NCBI GenBank assembly: GCA_012295275.1
Contig: CM022679.1
Span: forward strand, 26,908,001 to 26,972,000
Direction: 5' to 3'
DNA from: Chrysomallon squamiferum
Lineage: Eukaryota > Animalia > Mollusca
DNA: 64,000 nt
The translations under genes and the position numbers were made by a program. Below are positions 59,647 to 64,000 of the stretch, piece by piece (position 1 is the first letter of the stretch; every line of letters starts with the position of its first letter). Under the pieces are notes generated by a model. The model made no database searches. It saw nothing but the letters and a program-made list of their open reading frames with translations, and was not told the DNA's origin.

Positions 59647-60665
59647 CAAGCTTTTCGCTTCATCGAGGATATCTGCGGATTCGAATAAATAAACTCATTA
59701 GTGTTTTTGTCAAGACTCGTTGTACTCGATGATCTCCCTAACACATTCAGCCTTGATGAAGGTCGTGACCTTGGTGACCTCGGTGACAGTTTAGTAGGAG
59801 GCGAGTGTGGTCGCGGGTGATGCTGAAGCACAGGACTGCAGCTTCTTTCTCGAAGTCGGCACGCAGACGTCAGAGTTCTGTTTTTGAGAATCCCGCGGCG
59901 GCTTCCCAACACTGGCTGATCGTTGGTGTTGGCGTAGTCGTAGATTGAACTGTAGGATCGGTTGAGTCTGTCGGTGTATGGAGCGATGCTGCTGGACTCA
60001 TGCAGGCTCCTGGAGAGTCTCCCAGGGTAACATCGTGCTGAAAAATCAGTGGCCGGATCAACCAGACAGTCTTGACTAGAGTAATACCTGTCTTCTATGT
60101 CGTCTGGTACTGGGCTGTACCTGAGCTTTCGGCGGATGAAGTTTGAGTGAGAAAGATCTCTGTCCTCGTCTCCAGTCTTTTCTACCTCCTCCGCTTCGAA
60201 CTGGGAAGAGTTCAGCTTCGTCGGATACTGCTGCAGGTCGGGGTAATCGGAGAAGTGAAGAGGCGATGCCCTCCTCTCATTGCCGTAGTAACGAGATTTG
60301 CGATGGGGGTAGATTTCACGATACGACGAAGGCACTCCTGGTGAGGAAAGATCCAGATGAGATGTGGACACAGGACTTGGACAAACACTACCAGACAGAT
60401 TGAGTGACCCGTCCAGTTTTGGACATTCGTCCACCAGCATTTCGTCTTTGAGAGAGCTCTTCCTCTGGTGACCTTTTGGGGTCGACTCAGAATGGATTCT
60501 GATTGGAGAAACTGCCACTTCTGGTCTCCGTGTGTCTCTATGGTTACCTGTGTGACCTTGCAGATGACCATTCATTGTCTCTTTGGCCTCTTTTTCGTTA
60601 TAACGATGGATGATGCTTTGAACTCTTGCTTTCTGACCATTGGAAGCCACATGGAGTGACATCAC
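59647..60665 (-). CDS. Coiled-coil protein, Ser/Pro/Arg-rich exon
   Basis: tttag|VMSLHVASNGQKARVQSIIHRY...MKRKAW|gtatga, 1019 nt, phase 0 to 2. Confidence 0.87.
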
Positions 60666-60841
60666 CTAAATTCAGAATTATCAACAGATTAAAAATAGTA
60701 TCATTTGTTTCAGTTATTAAAAACATAATATCAGTAAAATCAGTGATTGAAAATACCATCAGCAACCAGTGATGAACATTCTAATGGCAATATCAAAGTA
60801 AAGTAATTAAAAATAATCTCAGAAATTAAACTGACAGTCAC

Positions 60842-60949
60842 CTCTTCAAACAGCTGAGATCTTTCTTGCCTCACTTCCTCCAGACAAGTCCTCAGGTCTC
60901 GAATTGTTGCCTGAGCTTTCTCCTGAGTCATGTGTAAGTCCTCAACCTC
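60842..60949 (-). CDS. Coiled-coil protein, internal exon
   Basis: tttacag|EVEDLHMTQEKAQATIRDLRTCLEEVRQERSQLFEE|gtgact, 108 nt, phase 0 to 0. Confidence 0.88.
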
Positions 60950-61244
60950 CTGTAAACCACAAACATTCCTGTTTTAGTTCAGCATTTTTAAACTTGCATG
61001 TTTTAGTTCAGCATTTTTAAACTTGCACATTTTAGTGCATCATTTAAACTTGTTTGTTTTAAATGCTTAGATACATTTGCATGATCTAGAGCATTGTTTA
61101 AATTTGCTTGTTTTCTTCCATTGTTTAAACACACTTTAATGTTGTAATGCCTGCTTTAGTGAATTTCTTAAACTTGACTTTTTTAAAGTGTCATAAATTG
61201 TTTTTCGTTACTGTGTCTCATAAATTCAACAGGTGTGATGCTCT

Positions 61245-61437
61245 TTTAGTGTAATGTTCAACTCACCTGTTTTAATGTTCAACTCGCCTGTTTTAATGTT
61301 CAACTCACCTGTTTTAGTGTAATGTTCAAACTAACCTGTTTTAGTGTAATGTTCAAATTCACCTGTTTTAGTGTAATGTTCAAACTCACCTGTTTTAGTG
61401 AAATGTTCAAACTCACCTGTTTTAGTGAAATGTTCAA
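61245..61437. repeat. 27-nt tandem repeat spanning a splice donor
   Basis: AAACTCACCTGTTTTAGTGAAATGTTC x5 plus two 21-nt truncated copies. Confidence 0.92.
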
Positions 61438-63918
61438 GCTCTCTGCTTGGTTCAGATCTTCCCGCAGTAGTTTGTTTTCTTTCCTCATTTCAGCCAGTGA
61501 CGGCTGTTCACACACTGTCCTGTTCAGCTCCTCCCTGGCTCGACTCAGTTCAGTCTCTAAGTGGGAGATTTCAGACTTGGACTGAAACAGAGATTCCTCC
61601 AACTCCTTCACTCTCACCTCCAGATCTTGTCGCTCTTGCCGTTCGTGTTCCAGATTTGACCTCAGTTCCATGTTTTCTGCCTGCGACTTGGCCAAATGTT
61701 TTCGACAGTCATCCAAAATTCCATTAGTCTGGTATAACTTTTCAGACACTTCTGATTTAGCGTTGTTCAGCTTCGCCTGAAGGATGTCGTTCTCCACAAT
61801 GGAGCTGGCCAGTGCCTGTTTCAGCTCAATGATGTCCTCATCAGAAAGCTTCCTGCTGGCTATCAGTTGCTTCCAGCGCTCCTGGTTGTCCTTCTGTAAT
61901 CCTTCCACCCCACTAAGCCGATTTCCCCAGATCTCCTGGCTCACACTCCTCACTGGACTGCTGTAGCCAAGACTGATTGGACGTTGCTGCTGGGACAGAT
62001 CTGGAGTAGAATTGCTGGAATGAAGTAGTTTTGTGTGTCTGCTGCTCTCTGCTGCATGGAGAAGATCTTCACCTCTGGTTTCCTTTCTGAAATCATCCCA
62101 TCTTTCCAGTCCACTGACATCATCGTGTCTGTATGTCTGTCTCTCTAAATGTGGACTCAGAGATCGACTTCTTGGCTGTTCAGGAGTTCTTACTGAATCG
62201 TGACTGCTTGTAAATACAGACCTGCCCACGTGATCCTGATACCGATAAGGACGAGATTCAGTTTGAGAGAATCTGCTGAGTCTAGGACTGGCTGAACGGC
62301 TTCGACTGGTTTCAAACAGCATCTTTCCATTCTCGTCATGAACATCTCTTTCCAGACCAAAAGGATTCTCTATTCTGTCAATTTCTCCAAAGTCTGTTCT
62401 CTTCTGGTGTCTGTTTCGTGTGATGTTTGCACTGGAAACCATATGTCTTGGTTGGTCCATTATTTCAACCTTGTGTTTCAGCTCCTCAATCTCCTTACAA
62501 AGGATTTCTACAAATTTGGCCTGAGCTAAAGAATCCATGCGACTAGCATCCAGTGAGATACTGTCGAGGGTTTTCTCTCTTTCCCAGGCTTCCCGGCGAG
62601 GCACTCTTCTGTAACCACCTGACTCTTCTGAAGCAACATTAATCTGTTCATCCACTTCCTTTCGGCTTGTGAGGTGTTCATCTACTGGATGAAACTGTTG
62701 AGGTAGTTGTCTAGGTGATGGATGTCTCCTGGACAAGCCAATCAGAGCACTGGGAGATCTGTCTCTCTCCACCTCATGGACTTGATGTCGAGGAGAGAGT
62801 TTCTCCTCTCCATTTCTCTGAGATACTGAAACATCTTCCATGTCCAGATCTACAGCAGCTGTTTTCAGTTGTGTTTCACTTAAATCTTCTTGCTGCTGCT
62901 GCTGATGATGATGATGATGAAGCCGTCTACTTCTGAAATCATCTTTAGGCATGTTGTTGTCCACTGCCTCTCTGGCTTTGCGCAAAGCTTCAAATAAAAC
63001 CATGACATCGATCTTCTGACCAGGCTTCAGAGCGAGTGTCATATTGCTGTTGTCTGTTGCAGACAACAGCTGCTGAATGTCAAACAACTGCTTCACAGTG
63101 TCTGTCTGGACATGGACAGCATCCACAGTCTCCCCCAAACCAGCAGCCTGCTGTCTTTCTTTAAGCTCAGCAATCACTTCATCCTGCTTCAAAGACTCTG
63201 CTGTCTTTCCCTTGTTTCTAAAAACGTCTCGCCTTTGTGGTGAGGGTGATGCTTTTCTCTGCAATCTGTGTTCAACTGAAGTGTAGCTGTGTGATGAGCT
63301 GAACACACTTCTACTTGGACTGTTTGACAACGACCGCAATGAATCTGCCAGCAGGTAATTAGACTCTTGAGACCGCGACCTTGACCGAGAGCTTGACCTT
63401 GAACTGTCGACATCAGAACTTACAGGCCCTTGAGAGAGTCGGTCAATGGTATCTTCCCACTGTCTGAAATAGTCCTTCGGTCGTCTGATTTTAATATCAG
63501 AGCTGCCATCAGTTTTACCTACATCGTCGTTGGGCTGCTGGTCCATGACAACATCTCTATCAGTGGCATCAGCACCTGTGTTGTTCTCAAAGCGATGTGA
63601 ATCATGTTTTGCATCATCGGCTTGCGGCATGTGTTCCCAGACTTGTTGTCTTATTGTCTCCTTTAGCATCTGTTCTCTGCTGGCTTCAATCGGAGTCAGA
63701 CGACCTTCTTTCCCAGACGAACCTCCTCCAATTGGGGATGAGATCATAGAACCAGAAGCTGACGAAAACCAGTCATCATCATTAGATTCATGACTTCTCA
63801 ACACTGACGACGTTGTTGATGATGCTATCTTTGACATTGCTGAAGTTTCTCCAGAAACTTTCTGACTGCTGTGTCTGCTGCTCCACACACTTTTTCCTCC
63901 CCTTCTAGAGAGTTCTGG
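61417..63918 (-). CDS. Uncharacterised Ser/Arg-rich coiled-coil protein, large exon (5' end uncertain)
   Basis: Open frame of more than 830 codons; disordered SP/RS-rich N-terminal part, heptad-rich C-terminal part (ELKQALASSIVENDILQAKL...); first donor CAG|gtgagt at 61417; in-frame stop at 63919-63921; first ATG at 63837. Confidence 0.85.
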
Positions 63919-64000
63919 TTAATCAAGGGACTTGCACTTCGACTTCGTCTTACTTGAGATGTTACTACAAGATTCAAACCTCCTGGAGGCTGTGAAGGTA

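Overview
AT-rich animal (eukaryotic) genomic DNA, probably an invertebrate such as a mollusc (taxon is inference), with four spliced protein-coding loci. (1) The 5' half of 2-oxoglutarate dehydrogenase E1 (OGDH, minus strand, ATG at 13154, running off the left edge). It has two 103-nt mutually exclusive exons, one with and one without the Ca2+-site DADLD, and a candidate 9-nt microexon. (2) A two-exon gene for a ~2503-aa secreted mucin-like protein (17513-25896, +) with an SEYDKSTKxT decapeptide array and periodic CX5C loops. (3) A complete 11-exon RNA 3'-terminal phosphate cyclase gene (RTCA, 37784-43890, +) with one GC-AG intron. (4) A Ser-rich coiled-coil protein gene (minus strand, >=63918 to ~57309). 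RTCA lies in the spacer of a ~29-kb inverted duplication (arms ~26740-36600 and ~45420-55600). Each arm looks like an inward-facing spliced non-coding gene, with an ETS/TATA/CRE promoter, tiny conserved exons, a satellite-filled intron and a near-invariant 123-nt structured element. Four intronic tandem arrays are each built from copies of the adjacent exon-intron junction. All coordinates and alignments were read by eye; no searches were run.
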